A DNA stretch of 64,000 nucleotides, taken from positions 16,430,001-16,494,000 of the forward strand of contig NC_135768.1 in assembly GCF_052425735.1 (NCBI RefSeq), written 5' to 3'. The notes below the pieces were generated by a model. That model did no database searches. It was given only the letters and a program-made list of their open reading frames with translations, and was not told the DNA's origin. Of the stretch, positions 12,504 through 25,800 are shown in pieces. The first letter of the stretch is position 1. Each line of letters opens with the position of its first letter. Position numbers and translations under genes: made by a program. Source of the stretch: Oculina patagonica (Eukaryota).

Positions 12504-13753
12504 AATATATATATATATATTAATTTATTATAATTAATTTATTCGCTGCTGGGCAGCGGCTTTTAAAGAAGCCTGGCGTTGCTGGTACCCAGTCCGTTAG
12601 CAGCCCAATCAGGTTGAGGAGGAAGCTACAACATAGTAAACTGGCGCCTACACATAACATGCAATGTGATAAAACCACGCAGGATTGAGCCCGCGATCAG
12701 TCTAGGCAGTGCTGTTGCTAAGTAACGTGACATATTCTCAAGCTGACTAGTTTTTCGCGCTATTTTGTTAGTGGTCAGTGGAAAATCTAAAGATTGTCAC
12801 ATTTTCAGCCAGCTTTGAATGCTCATTTTGTCGCTTTTAATGGCTGCAAGAGTTCGCCATTTTCGATTTCGATTTACGTCAGTAGCTTCTTCAGCTAGAA
12901 AGAATAAGTGTAAAGTGACGTTTTCTCTATTCTTGTGTCACTGGGTTTTATAAACTGCCTCGTGTCTTAATATAAATTATTTTAATAGTTGTATTTAACT
13001 GTGGCTGGTTCACTGGATTTAATTATGTTAAACTATAACGTCGCCGCATTAATTGTAAATCGCAATGCAGGCAGCTGAAAATGTATTAATTTATGCGAAA
13101 TATATTTTTCTTTATTACAAAAGGTTTATTCTGTGAAGTACACACGTTTAGAATTAGGAAGATGTCCTAATCACATACAAGCATTTTCTGACGTAGCTAT
13201 TTTGTAACACTGAAATGCAATGCAACATTCTCTTTTCTTAAAATCAATTGCTCTAATATATTTGTAAATGACTTGTTAGAGCGAGAAGAGATAACGATTC
13301 ACGTTTTCATTTTATGTTTCCCTGACCCAGATTACACTTCTCTTTGACTCTCCATAAACTTCAATACTCACTTCTCCCAGCTGCTCTTTTACTTATCTTT
13401 ACTTGCAATGTGTACCTTTCACTCCCCCCCCCCCCCTTATTCTGCCCTTTCCGAGCCCACAGACACGTAGTCCTCTTTGTTTTATTTACATTACGAGTGA
13501 TTTCCCATTTCGTAAAGCTCAAGGAGCTTACAATTTTTACTATTTAACTCCTCTGGTTCAAAGAACTATCTCCGCTATTGCGCTGTGAATCCTTACAGTA
13601 CTTCCCCTTTGTCGTAAATCACCCGGGACTCGTAATACTGCCTTGATTTATTTACTCTACAACCTTATCGACTACTCCCACCAGTTTCGTTAAACACATA
13701 TGACATAATTCTCTCTTTTTATTTCCATTTCGACTACATCCGTATTTTGTTAA

Positions 13754-14101
13754 AGGGGCACTGACCAACTGATAATTAACTGAAATATCAGAATAACGGC
13801 TTAAAACTGTAGAAGATATTGAAAAGAAACACAGAAAGGCCAAAAAGGGGCATTGATGGGCCAAATTCAAGAAGATTAAAACGGATTGCGTCCGGGTAAA
13901 CTTGAAAAGCGTCGGCCCAACATTTTTCAAGTTTATCTCAATTTGTATGGAAGTGCCGTTTACAATGCTCGAAAATCATCCTTGTTTGTAATGTGGCCGT
14001 GATTTTGCCAATAAATGAGTTTTGCTCTGCCAATTTAAAGTTTACAGCTCTAAATTAACGACAATCAGTAGAATTACCTAAAACGCCATGATCTAGCCCC
14101 T
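13754..14101. mobile_element. Kolobok-like non-autonomous element (TTAA-flanked)
   Basis: TTAA-AGGGGC ... GCCCCT-TTAA; body homologous to 30385-30680. Confidence 0.65.
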
Positions 14102-14139
14102 TTAAGCCCTAAGCTTCAATTCTCTCACCTTCCCATTTT

Positions 14140-15810
14140 TGTGGCATTTCATCACAAGGGCCAAAAATCGTCATTTTGAGTTCCGCATGTGGGAAATTCA
14201 TTTGTTGTTGTTGTTTTTTCTTTTTTTTTTTGTTTTTGGAGTGAGCGTTAGGCTGTATTAACGTGATGGCATTTTCCCAAAAAGGTCCCCAAAGTACATT
14301 TTAAGCTTCAAACCGGCCGTTTAGGGTTGGGTGTTTCTGGAGTGAACATAAGGATTAATTTACGTGGTGGTGACATTTCATCACAAGGGCCAAAAATTGA
14401 TACTGAGCTCCCTATGTGGGGGAACTCATTCGATTCTTTTGGTCCTAGAGTGAGCATTAGACTGAATCCACTGGTGGCATTTTCCCAAAAAGAACCCAAG
14501 TACATATTGAGTTTCAAACGGGCCGTTTTTAATGTATCTGGAGTGAAAATAAGGCTTAATCTACGTGGTGGTGGCATTTCATCACAAGGACCAAAAACTC
14601 GTCATTTTGAGTTGCCCATGTGGGGGAACAAACTTGATTCTTTTGGACCTGGAGTGAGTATTAGGCTTAATCCACGTGCTTGCATCTTCCCAATAAGGTC
14701 CCCAAGTACATTTTGAGTTTAAAACTGACCGTGTTTGGTGTTTCTGGAGTGAAAATAAGGATTACTGATATTCCAATTGTTTGCATTTCATCACAAGGAA
14801 AATTGGTCATTTTGAGTTCCAAATGCGAGGGAACTTATTTGATTCTTTTCGACCTGGAGTGAGTATTAGGCTGAATTCACGTGCTGGCATTTTCCCAAAA
14901 AGGACCAAAGTACATTTAAAGTTTCAAACTGGCAGTTGTTTGTGTTTCTGGAGTGAAAATAAGGCTTAATTTACGTGGTGGTAGCATTTCATCACAAGGG
15001 CTAAAAATCGTCATTTCATTGATTTTTTTGGACCTGGAGTAGGAATTAGGCTAATCCACATAGTGTTTTTTTTTTTTCGCAAACAAGCCCTCAAAGTACA
15101 TTTTAAGATTCAAACTGGCCGTGTTTGGTGTTTTTGGAGTGAAATAAGGATTACTGATATTCGTAGTGGTGGCATTTCATCACAAGGACCAAAATTGGTC
15201 ATTTTGAGTTCCAAATGTGAGGGAAATTATTTGATTCTTTTGAACCTGGAGTTAGCATTAGGCTGAATCAATGTGGTGCATTTTCCCAAAAAAGGCCCCC
15301 AAAGCACAATTGAAATTTCAAACTGGCCGTTGTTTGAGTGAAAATAAGGCTTAATCAACGCGGTGGTGGCATTACATCACAAGGGCCAAAATCTTCATAT
15401 TGAGTTTCCCATATGGGGGAACTCATTTCTTTCTTTAGGACCTGAGTGAGCATTAGGCTGAATCCACGTGGTGAAATTTTCCTAAAAGAGCCCCAAAAGT
15501 ACACTTCAAATTTCAAACTGGCCGTTATTGGTGTTTCTGGAGTGAAAATAAGGCTTAATCTACATGGTGGTGGCATTTTATTACAAGGGCCAAAAATCGT
15601 CATTTTGAGTTCCCCTTGTGGGTGATCGAGACTCAGTTGATTCTCTTGGACATTTGGTGAGCATTAGGCTGAATCCACGAGTTGACGTTTTCACAAAAAG
15701 GCCCCAAAGTAAATTTTAAATCTCAAAACTGGCCGTTGTTGGTATTTCTGCGAGTGGCTTAAACTACATTTCGTCATCGTCACAAGGGCCAAAAAAGTTG
15801 GGTGAAATCA
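14140..15810. repeat. ~200-bp tandem satellite, about 8 units
   Basis: Anchor CATTTCATCACAAGG (or variant) at about 14145, 14374, 14575, 14784, 14985, 15173, 15370, 15574 and 15770. Confidence 0.92.
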
Positions 15811-16284
15811 TTTGGTTCTTCTGGAAGGAGAAGGAACCTACGTAAGGGCATAACGGGCTCCCAGGGTAGGGCTACATATTTCGTTGATCTGTTAAAATTG
15901 TTACATTTTCTCCCACATTTCCGGTATAAAAAATGCCATAATTTTTCCCTGATTTCTTTGTAACAATGTAATTTCCGTGTTCGACCTGTTCATAGTAGAA
16001 ATATCACAATAAACCTTTTCCCCGTAAAATAAACGATGACCATGTTCCTTATTACCAGAAACCCTAGCAATGGCCATTCTTCTTGTTGCCAGAGAACGCG
16101 CTAAAGAAAAGCTCTTGACTATTGTTTCAAAGTATAAAATAATTGAAATACTTGATAACATTAATACAAATCGTGCACGTACGACGCTATTTAATAGTAA
16201 GAATTAGGTCTGCGCGGACCAAAATCGGTTATTAACGTTTGGATAGTATTGGATTGTAACCAACATCTCGCTTGTGTTCCGTAA

Positions 16285-16502
16285 AGCCTGGTTTTTACTA
16301 GCGACGCAAGCACAAGCGCCAGGTTAACAACTCTTATTTCACTGTGTAAATGGCCTCGACGCGAGCATAAGCACAAGCGCATTGCATTTTGATCCTTAAA
16401 ATTTCTTAAGGAAATTCCTTAGGATTAAAATTTCTCCTTTACTTGTGCTTGCGCTTGCGCTTGTGCTTGCGCTTGGGCTTGCGTCGCTAGTGAAAACAAG
16501 GT
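16285..16502. mobile_element. MITE (PIF/Harbinger-like)
   Basis: GCCTGGTTTTTACTAGCGACGCAAGC ... GCTTGCGTCGCTAGTGAAAACAAGG with internal GCACAA/GCTTGC hexamer repeats; TAA-like flanks. Confidence 0.7.
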
Positions 16503-16632
16503 TAAATAGACCTTCAAAAATGAAATTTTATTGAGAAGTTCTTGAATGCTTGCATGAGATTACGGGAGATAAGCAATATTCCGCTACCGAAACATAACAC
16601 TGGCAGCATTGCATACAGATATATGTATAGTC

Positions 16633-16633
<1 letters not shown>

Positions 16634-16702
<69 letters not shown>
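16634..16702. repeat. (AAT)n microsatellite
   Basis: About 22 perfect AAT units. Confidence 0.95.
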
Positions 16703-17428
16703 TAAACATTTTCTTAGGGTCAGAGTCGGTAATGATGATACTGGATTTCAATTAGTGGTTATTGTTTGAAGTATCTACAGAGGTTTCTGTTAACTAATAT
16801 ATGTATAATGTAAGCTAAAACAAATTTTATATGTGATTCTGAGGAAAACCAGGCCTTGAAGATTGACTAACTTTCCTTGAAAAGTCCTTGAATAGCCCAC
16901 GGTAACAGTAAATTATCCAAAATCAAGATTGCAAGCCAAGTATGTAAGCTGAGAGGTTTTGTATTGAGAGACGTCATAAACGTTAGTTAAAGGTAAAACT
17001 AACCCTAGGTTAACAGTGCTAAAAAAGAACGAGCACCGACCATCCATGACATTTGCTGTGTTTGCCACGTATAAATGGAGTAACTGATCATTTTTTTTTT
17101 AACGTTTCATGGCCTCCGAAACTTCCATTAGTGAAATAAAAGCTACAATCTAATATACAGTTGTTTGACTTCTATACACAGAGCTAAGCAATGCTAAATA
17201 TTGAGGAAAAAGTTGTTTTGGCGCTGATTCCGCCATCTTGAATTGAATGACGTCACAATGGGCGTTCCTTTTATTACAAAAACAAATAACGCAACATTCT
17301 TGGCTACATTAAAGTCATTAGAAAGTATGTATAAAATTAAATACGGGTCATATTTTTTGTCTTGATCTTTTTGCGACGTACATAAAGACCAAAACTTTTC
17401 CTTTTGTCTTCTTTTCCTCAAAATTGCA

Positions 17429-19840
17429 TTAAACATCATCACCCTCTTGTTCCATGGCCGAGCGTCTGCTTCTCCTCGGGGGACTGTGCCTGCTAGGCCC
17501 AGGCTGTTCCCTTCCGTTTGCAGCCGCTCGAGCTTCTTCCTCTTTAGACAGAAAATGATAAGGTTGATGATAATCAGAGAATAACATGGCTTTCTCTTTC
17601 ATGAGAAGTTCATCGTCGCCTTCTTCTTCTCCTTCCTCTTGGGCACGTCTTGCTTTTTCCTGAAGAGATAAAGGACCATAGGTGATTGAGAACAAAGTTT
17701 GATTCATTGAAGAGAATGGACTATCTCTCTTTCCTCCATCTCCACATTCTCGTCCCCGTAGCCCTTTTCGCTTCTCTTAACCGTCGGGGCCTTGGCACGA
17801 GAAACGAAGGGCTCTTGAGACATAGGATTTTTAAATGTATTCCAATTGTTTTGATTGGCTGTTGAAGCAAACAAATCTTGAACAGAAGTCAAAAATGCCA
17901 TGAATAGTTCACACAGTATTAAGAACCATCACGACTGCATACATGATGATCGGAAGTCCTAGAATCCCATTTCCCCGGCCAAATTTTGCCGAAATCCCAT
18001 TTCCCACCTATTGTTTTCAGGATTTTTGATTCCCAGTCCCAGTGAGCTTGATTTTTGCGTTTTGGAGACGGATTGTTCTGAATTGCACCTGGTAAACAAA
18101 TAATTGTAATGTCGTGTTCGGACGTCTCAAAACGTCCGGCCGTACATACGTTAGCTCACATTATAACTCTCTTTAGAGTTAGGCGCACCAATTAAAATAT
18201 TATGTCTGGATACAATGAAAAGAAGTTTATAGTGTTTTGCTGGTAGCTCTAAATCATGTGGAAAGTGGAGAGTAAGCAAAAGGTCCAAGTATAGAAGCGC
18301 GCACAAGCAAGCGGCGAAGCCGCGACTCCTCCTCCCCAAGCCACTCGCGGCTGCGCCGCTTGTTATCGCGGCTTCGCCGCTTGCTTGTGCGCGCTTTAAG
18401 ACCCAACAATACCGCCAGCTACGCAGGCTAGTCCAAGTAAAACAGATGATAACAGCAGTCTGCTACAATATTTAAAAGCTTATACCATTTCCCAAAGTTA
18501 GAACCAAATGTTTACTCTCTGAATACACAAAGCTGAGCCCACTCAATACCTGTTTATCTTGAGCCATCCTACGTCTTCTTGCTGCGATCATCTCGTCAAA
18601 CTGGCTTGAGTGGCTTGACGCAGGGCTAGCAGCTCCTTCACTCTACAATAAAACATCAAGACATGAACATAGAGCGGAAGAAAAAGAAAATACATCCAAC
18701 AACGACAAAATGTTAGTTAATGCACTTCTTTTAATTTAAAAGTGACAGACGGAAGGTTTTCGAAGCAAGCTCTAATTAACTCTCGAGAACACACAACGTT
18801 CAATCCTATACCGTACCTTTGAGCTACTTGATCGAGATGGCCTGGCACTAGACCGGGATAGAGAGCGAGACCTTCTTAAAGCTGCCGAGAAAATAAAATT
18901 ACTTAGTAAGAAATTACGGAAAAAATTGAATGTACATCACTTTATCAGAAAATTGAGAGGTAGCCTTCAGAAAGTCTCACAAAAGTTGAATGCGTTTTAT
19001 TTCAGTTTAATTTCATTTCGAGGTCTTTCACTGGCAATTGCAAGTTAATGAGACTCAGAAAGCAACGTTAGCTTATGCACAAAACAATTTTAACATATTT
19101 TAAGTTAAAGTAATCAGCTTTTAATTACGTTTTGGTGATATTTCTGTTTTGAGCTCTGAATCACTCATTGCAGAATGATGTAGTTCAAATGGCAATACTA
19201 AGTCTTAGTTTACTGAGTTTATGACGATCATAGAAAAAGCGTTCTTGTAGCTAGAAGAAATTAAATTAGTACGTAATAAAAAAAGGAAAAAAAGAACGTA
19301 AAGCAGCTGAGTGGAGAACTATACCTCGTGATCGTGGACGAGGGGTGCCTCCTTGTTCCTGATTTCTTCTCCTTTTTCTGCGCAAGAAAAGAACAAAAAA
19401 AATTGGAGCAAACTCTCCGAAGAGGATGGTTTTGAAAGCGATCCATGAACCAGGTGTTTCTAATCTTGTCGACCAGCCTGGTTTTACTGTAATAGGGGGC
19501 TTAGTATACTGTAAATGACTACATGAAATAAATGAATTGGCGCGACATGACATGACACGGGCATTATCATGTGACCTGGATGGCAAGCATGACACATTAC
19601 ACGATGATGTGGTATGACGTGGCATTGCAGCCTTAAAGGTCCTAAAAAGCACATTAAAAAGCACACCAGCAAAGGCAATTCATGAAACATGTAAATGACA
19701 ATTTTATAATTAGTTAATATAAGTCAATTGTAAATATGTAAATAGCAATTTCTATTTTTAAGTTTTTCGCTATCAAATATTTTGTTCTCGGAAATATTTG
19801 CTTGTCAAGCTACTCTGAAATTCGAGCTTAAATAAAGTTT

Positions 19841-19873
<33 letters not shown>

Positions 19874-22800
19874 TGTCAATGGAAATTACATGGTGCGCTA
19901 TGTAGTTACATGCCATGACATGAGTGATGACAAGAGAAGACATAATGGTATGGTGTGACTCGACATTGAGCATAAAGAGGTGACATAACGTAACATACCT
20001 CCAGTAGAAGAGTAACACAATCACTATAATGATCAGTACTAATACAGCAAGAATTCCCAGAAGTATTCCTATCCAGCTACGGTCGTGACTCGCCGCTGGG
20101 GAGGGGACTGCGGCTGAGGGGTGTGGAGCTCCTACACCCTGCAATACAAACAGAACCAAATTTTACGTCATGACAGTTACATCGAAAATGAAAGTCGTGA
20201 GATTGTTGCGGGTCTCGTAAAACCGAACTGCACAATCACACCAAATGAAGTTAATTAATAAGCAATGAACCAGTCAAACTTGTTAAACAAGAATATGAAA
20301 CCGATGCCAAGGGCGGAAAGATCGGAGCAAAGCGCGGGAAAACATTCGGCCGGTGCCAAGCGCGAAACAAGCCACAAATGGTTTAAATCGCACTCCTGAA
20401 TGGTTGAAAGCACGTTAGGTTTGCTCTGATTGGCCAAACCAAGTTGCACGGCTGTTTCTAACAAGCTGTAGAGTGAGATCAAAACGAAACCATAGAAAAT
20501 GCGTACTTCGTTAAGATAGTCCACTGCGATCGCTTTTTACTAGCCTTGACGTTAGTGCTTATTGGAAACTACTTCCAATTTACATAATTCTTCTTAAAGA
20601 CCTTGATCACTTACCTTCCCTTTGTTGGTATCAGCCAATATGGCAAAGTCTGTCATGTGATTACACTCACATGTCGTGTGAGTAGCGTTTGAACTTGTTA
20701 GCTTACAGCCTTTTGAGGACCACTCTCCACCACCCTGACTGAAAACGTTTAAAACAAATGACAAAATAAAGTTTAAAATCGCAATCAGTTATTTCTAGCT
20801 TCTAGTGGGGAATACGGTGTAAACCTAGGTTAAAATAGATTTAAAATAAGAGAAACATGTTGTTGAAAAACATTGCTCAAAATGAGGAGAAGGACAAAAC
20901 TGTATTATTTCACATTTTGCAATGTCTGATCTTGTTCGTTTTTGTGTGATGCTGTTTACTTCTAGTAACTCACTAGCAACAGCCTAGAATAGCAATACGA
21001 GGTGTTTCTTAAAAAGCAGTCACTGAATTTGCAAGTGTATTTGAATGATTTGCATAGGAAATAGGAGCACTGATGCCCTTTTCTATCGTTTAGCCTCGTC
21101 TCTGGAATAAACGAATTCAAATTAAACTTGTTTACAAACCCTTCTTTCGATGCCCACGCTACACACTCTTGTTCAAACTTGATTAGGCTGGACTGAAATA
21201 AAAAAAAGAGGTTTTTGACGATTAAACAACACACAGTTAAGCTGTGTACAGTCACTAAGGCAATATAATACTGATGAATTTACGTATTTTTGTCATTTGT
21301 TAGTTGTTTAAGGAACTTACGTTTAAGACTGACATGACAACCTTCACAGGGGGCACAAGCGCTTCTGTAACGGCTGGTCTTGCTGTGCTCGATAGAACAG
21401 CGCTGTTTAAAACTAAACCACTAGAAAACAAACAAGAAAGATAGAAGTTATTGTGTCAAAAATGTGATCAAACTCAATGAAAAAGACTGGAACTATATCA
21501 TTTAAGCTCGATTTACCTGTCTTTTTTGGTCGGAAGCAACTGAGAAACCGTTTTGAAGCGGGTCATCAGAAGATGAACTTGTACACTTTTCCCTGTCAAT
21601 TAAATACAAATCTAAGGTAAGTTGAAGCGACATTGAGGTTTATTTTGCCTTTACTAGTTATAGTGTCAAACTTTACCCTCTCCAGTATAATTCAGAGCCA
21701 TATGCGAGAGAGACTGGGAATGACCTTAAGTTGGCAGTGCTTTTTGACCTCGCTTTGGTAACCAGGTTGTTAGTGTTCGTCTTCGGCAGCGAAAATAACA
21801 ACGACCTCAGTTGTTAATAGTAAGGGAAGCAGTGAGGTTGAAGGTGGCTGCATATGTTGGTCACGCTTGGACAGATTTAGCAATTGAGGTGCTTGCATCT
21901 CGTGCCTTAAGCAAAGCACGCTTCAAGGTTATGTGCAATGTTATGTTACAGGTTATGCACAACCTGATTTTATGCATACATACCCAGTACTGCTGAATCA
22001 AAGATACTGGGCGTCAATGTTATAGAATCGTGCCCAGTGCTCCAGTTTGCCACCAGTGGGTTGGAGTAGTTTGGGAATGACATGGGTATAGTAGGGTCCG
22101 AACTGTCTGAACCAAAAGTTTGCTCACCAACGACTGAAAGAAAAATAACGAGGAAAACATATTTCAAATCTTGTCTCAGGAAAAGAGTGGAAATGAAATT
22201 TCAGTTTAAATAAAATGTCATTTGCCAGGACTGAAAAGAAAAGACAAGTATAAACTGGAGAGAATCTAAGACATATTTTGTGTCTTAAAACAAAAGTTAG
22301 TTATGCTTTCAGTATAGTTTTGTTTTACTTCCCAATACTTAGTCATCAACTCATTAGCCTCAGCTGTTCTTTAAATCATTTTATAGAAACTTACGAATGT
22401 TCTTCGTCAAGAGTGGCTTGGTAACAGGGACACTGTATGACGCATTCATGACGTGTTCTTGAACTGTCCTCACAAGATCCAACACAACCGGTCCAATCGT
22501 TGAGTCCTGGGACTGAATTAGAAAAAAAGGCACTAAAAACTGTGTTTCGCCTGTTTCTAACCATGGATACAAATGATGAATTTATGACGTAGGTATGCTC
22601 CGTTTATGTAGCAATTAAGTACGTTCAAACTGATAACACGAAAGACAAAGATAGCTCTTCTTAACGGATTCTTGCAACAAGGGTTTTGCAGCGACATTTT
22701 GAAGAAAATGTTTTTATTGCAATCCACTTCCACCCTCGCCATCGTTAGTCATCCTCGTTTCCTAATGGGTTCCTGTCATTTGTCCAGTTTCTTCCACAAA

Positions 22801-25800
22801 ATTAAACCGATACCGTAAAATTCCGGTTATAAGCCCTGGGCTTATACAACTTCGTAAGGGGTTTTGGGTGGGCTTATAAGCGGAGGGGCTTATATCAGGG
22901 AGGGCTTAAAAAACGTTTCGAAACGAGCCACGGAAGTGTTAATCGAAATACGTTTTTAGGTTAAAACACATAATAAAGCAACATTTAGCCCTGTTCAGTA
23001 CCGTCATTCAGCAGAGGGGGGCTTATATCCGGGGGGCGGGGGGGGGAGGGGGCTTATAACCGGATGTATTTTTTTTGTTTCCAGGTAGATGGGCCTATAA
23101 CCGGGGGGCCTATAAGCGGGGGGGCTTATAACCGGAATTTTACGGTATTTTATCATCTAGATATAACTTGAAAAATCTTGAAAACGTATTAAAAATCATA
23201 AGACGCGAAGGACTGGCACTAACCGTCATCTGCTGAGACTCGTCCCAGTCCCAATTGCTACTGTCCTCCAGAACGTTGATACCTCTCTTGAAAAGAACTT
23301 CTGCATGCTGTGTAGACGCAAGAAATGACCGTTATTTTATATTGTGTAAAAATATTTGCAAAATTAGGTGATTGTGATTGATACCTTTTGCGCATTACTC
23401 CATTCGTCTTTGTTTTTGAGATCCAAGAGATGACTGCTGGCATTCACGAACGACTGTTGAACAGGAAAAAACAGAAGAATGTTAGATGTTAGTGTAGGAA
23501 TAAACAGTGTTCAATGGCCACGCACTTGTGTTTAATGCACAGACTTAAAAGTTAGAACTACTTTATACAGCATAATAAACAGTTCCACATGAAAGTACTG
23601 CTCAAAAGCTTTCATTTAAATGCTCACACACTAGGGTTTTATCCACGGACTTATAAGCTAGAACCACCTTTGTACAGCAAAGTAGTTCACATGAAAGCAC
23701 TGCTCAATAGCTTTCATTCAAATGGTCACAAACTAGGGTTTTCTGACCCACAGACTTTAAAGGTAGAACCACTATGTACAGCACAATAAACAGTACCACA
23801 ATGAAAATACTGCTCAATAGCCTTCAGTGGAATGGTCACACGCTAGGGGTTTTAACAACAGACTTTAAAGTTCGAACCACCTTGTGCAGGATAATCTTGA
23901 AAAAGTACCACAAACTGGAATAAGTGCCACAAGCCGAAAAGAAAAGTGCTTTTGTATATCTTTCATAGGAATGTATTTTTACCTTCAGATCCTTCTCAGT
24001 GAATTTTGCCTCAGTCAAACGCGCAAATTTCTGTAGCAATTGTAGCACACCTACAGACAACAAAATGTCTCCACCAAACATTGGAACAATGTGCTTTTCA
24101 TTCCTTCCCATTTGAGGGACCGTTGTGTTTTGACGCTTCTGTGCCTTGATTTGGGTATTTACTTTCGCTTGAGGTGGAGGGGCTGACAAATCGTGGAGCT
24201 TTTTCGAGAGATCGTTCTGAGGTCCAGCTTTCTTTGACCCACTAGTTCTAGAGTTTTCATTTTGTTTGGGTGTCACGTGAACAGAAGGTAATTTACTGGT
24301 TATCTTCAGAGCTGGCTGCCTTAACCCAGCAGGGCGATCTGTTTGGCTGACCTTCGCATTTTGAGTTGGGTTTTTGTTTGTGTTTAGTTCAATTCTTGAC
24401 CTGGAAGACGGGGAAGCCGTATTAGCTGCGTTCTGCGAAAGTAAGGGCGACGTTGGTTTCTGAATTTGTGTTCCCAGTGTTGGCCAACGCTCCACGGGTA
24501 CGGGATGTCCACCCGAAACTACTCCTGGTTGTGTCCCGTATCCCGGTGCAGTCTTAATTTGACTTCTTAAACCCACTGCTGCGACTCTTTGTGGCTGTTG
24601 ACCCGCGGGCGAAAGTCCCATCCCGAGGGATTGCCCGTATGGTGCCCGCGGTGGATAACGCGTTTGGTATGGATTTGTAGCGGCCTGGTTTGGCGTTCTT
24701 TGGTAAGCATTTTGTTGTTGCTGATAATAATTTCTTGGTTGTTGATAACTTGTACTGGGAATTCTTCCTTGATTTGCAAGGTAATTCATTCGTGACGGGT
24801 ACTGATGCGCAGTGTACCAAAGCGTATTCTGTCTTTTATGTTTTCTGTCGCTTTCACGGATTTCTCGTTTTCTTCGCCCGATATCCATTTGATCGCTGGA
24901 AAAACTCGGAGGAGAATAACCTCGTCCCCAGCTCCTCTGAACTCCAGCTCGGTTACCCTGCCAGGCTTGGCTACCTGGCCACTGGTAGGGATTAGGTGGA
25001 CGAGCGTAACCTGGCGCAAGTTGTGGATTAGGGCGTTGATAAACTTGAGTTCTCTGTAAAGCGTTACGCATTGGAGAGGGATTCTTATACTGTGCTCGAT
25101 TAAAAGCAAGTAGATTTTGTCTCTGATTCGCCATTTTTGATTGAGCAGTATTGAGAACCCTAGATCGCGCAACAGGGTTTTCGTTTCCTGTCAGACCCCA
25201 GGGCCTCTGTGGCTTTAACGCTTGCGATTGAGTGGGTATCCTGTTTTGATTTATAACGGCGTTGCCGTTTAATTGCACAGGGACACCACCTGGACTTTCG
25301 ACCGTCTGCACCCTCGTTGTTGAAGTTGGTACAAGGTGAAAAGCGGTTGTTGGGTGAATTAAACTCTTCCCATTTACATTATTGTCGGGATTTGAAGCAG
25401 TGAGTTTTGTCTTCAAATCTGAAAACCATACTGGGTTTTGAGCTTCGTTCTTTGCTGTGCTACTCGTCGTTGGCAGAATTTCAGGCTTAAGCCTTGGAAT
25501 TTCTGTCACCGGAACAGAACTCGAATCCTCTTTTTTGTTCTTTTTCGCAGGAGTTTTCACAAAGGTTGCCTTGTCGTGTATTTTGGAGCTTGATTGGCCT
25601 TTTCGCTTCTTAGCAGCCCGGATACGTTTATTTTGATCGGAAAGCGCACGGTTGTACAATTCTTCTCTGTAGGTATCTGCGAAAACGAGCTTCTCCAGAC
25701 GAGTGATTATGTCACTAGAAGATACTGCAGCAAAAGGCAGCTTCTTTTCTGCTCTGTTAGCGAGATCTTTGCTCTGAAAGAAAATTAAAAAAATAAATGA

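Noticed and set aside
14308-15603. Repetitive ORFs in the ~200-bp array
   Set aside because: Units have frame-breaking indels and stops; these are by-products of a non-coding satellite.
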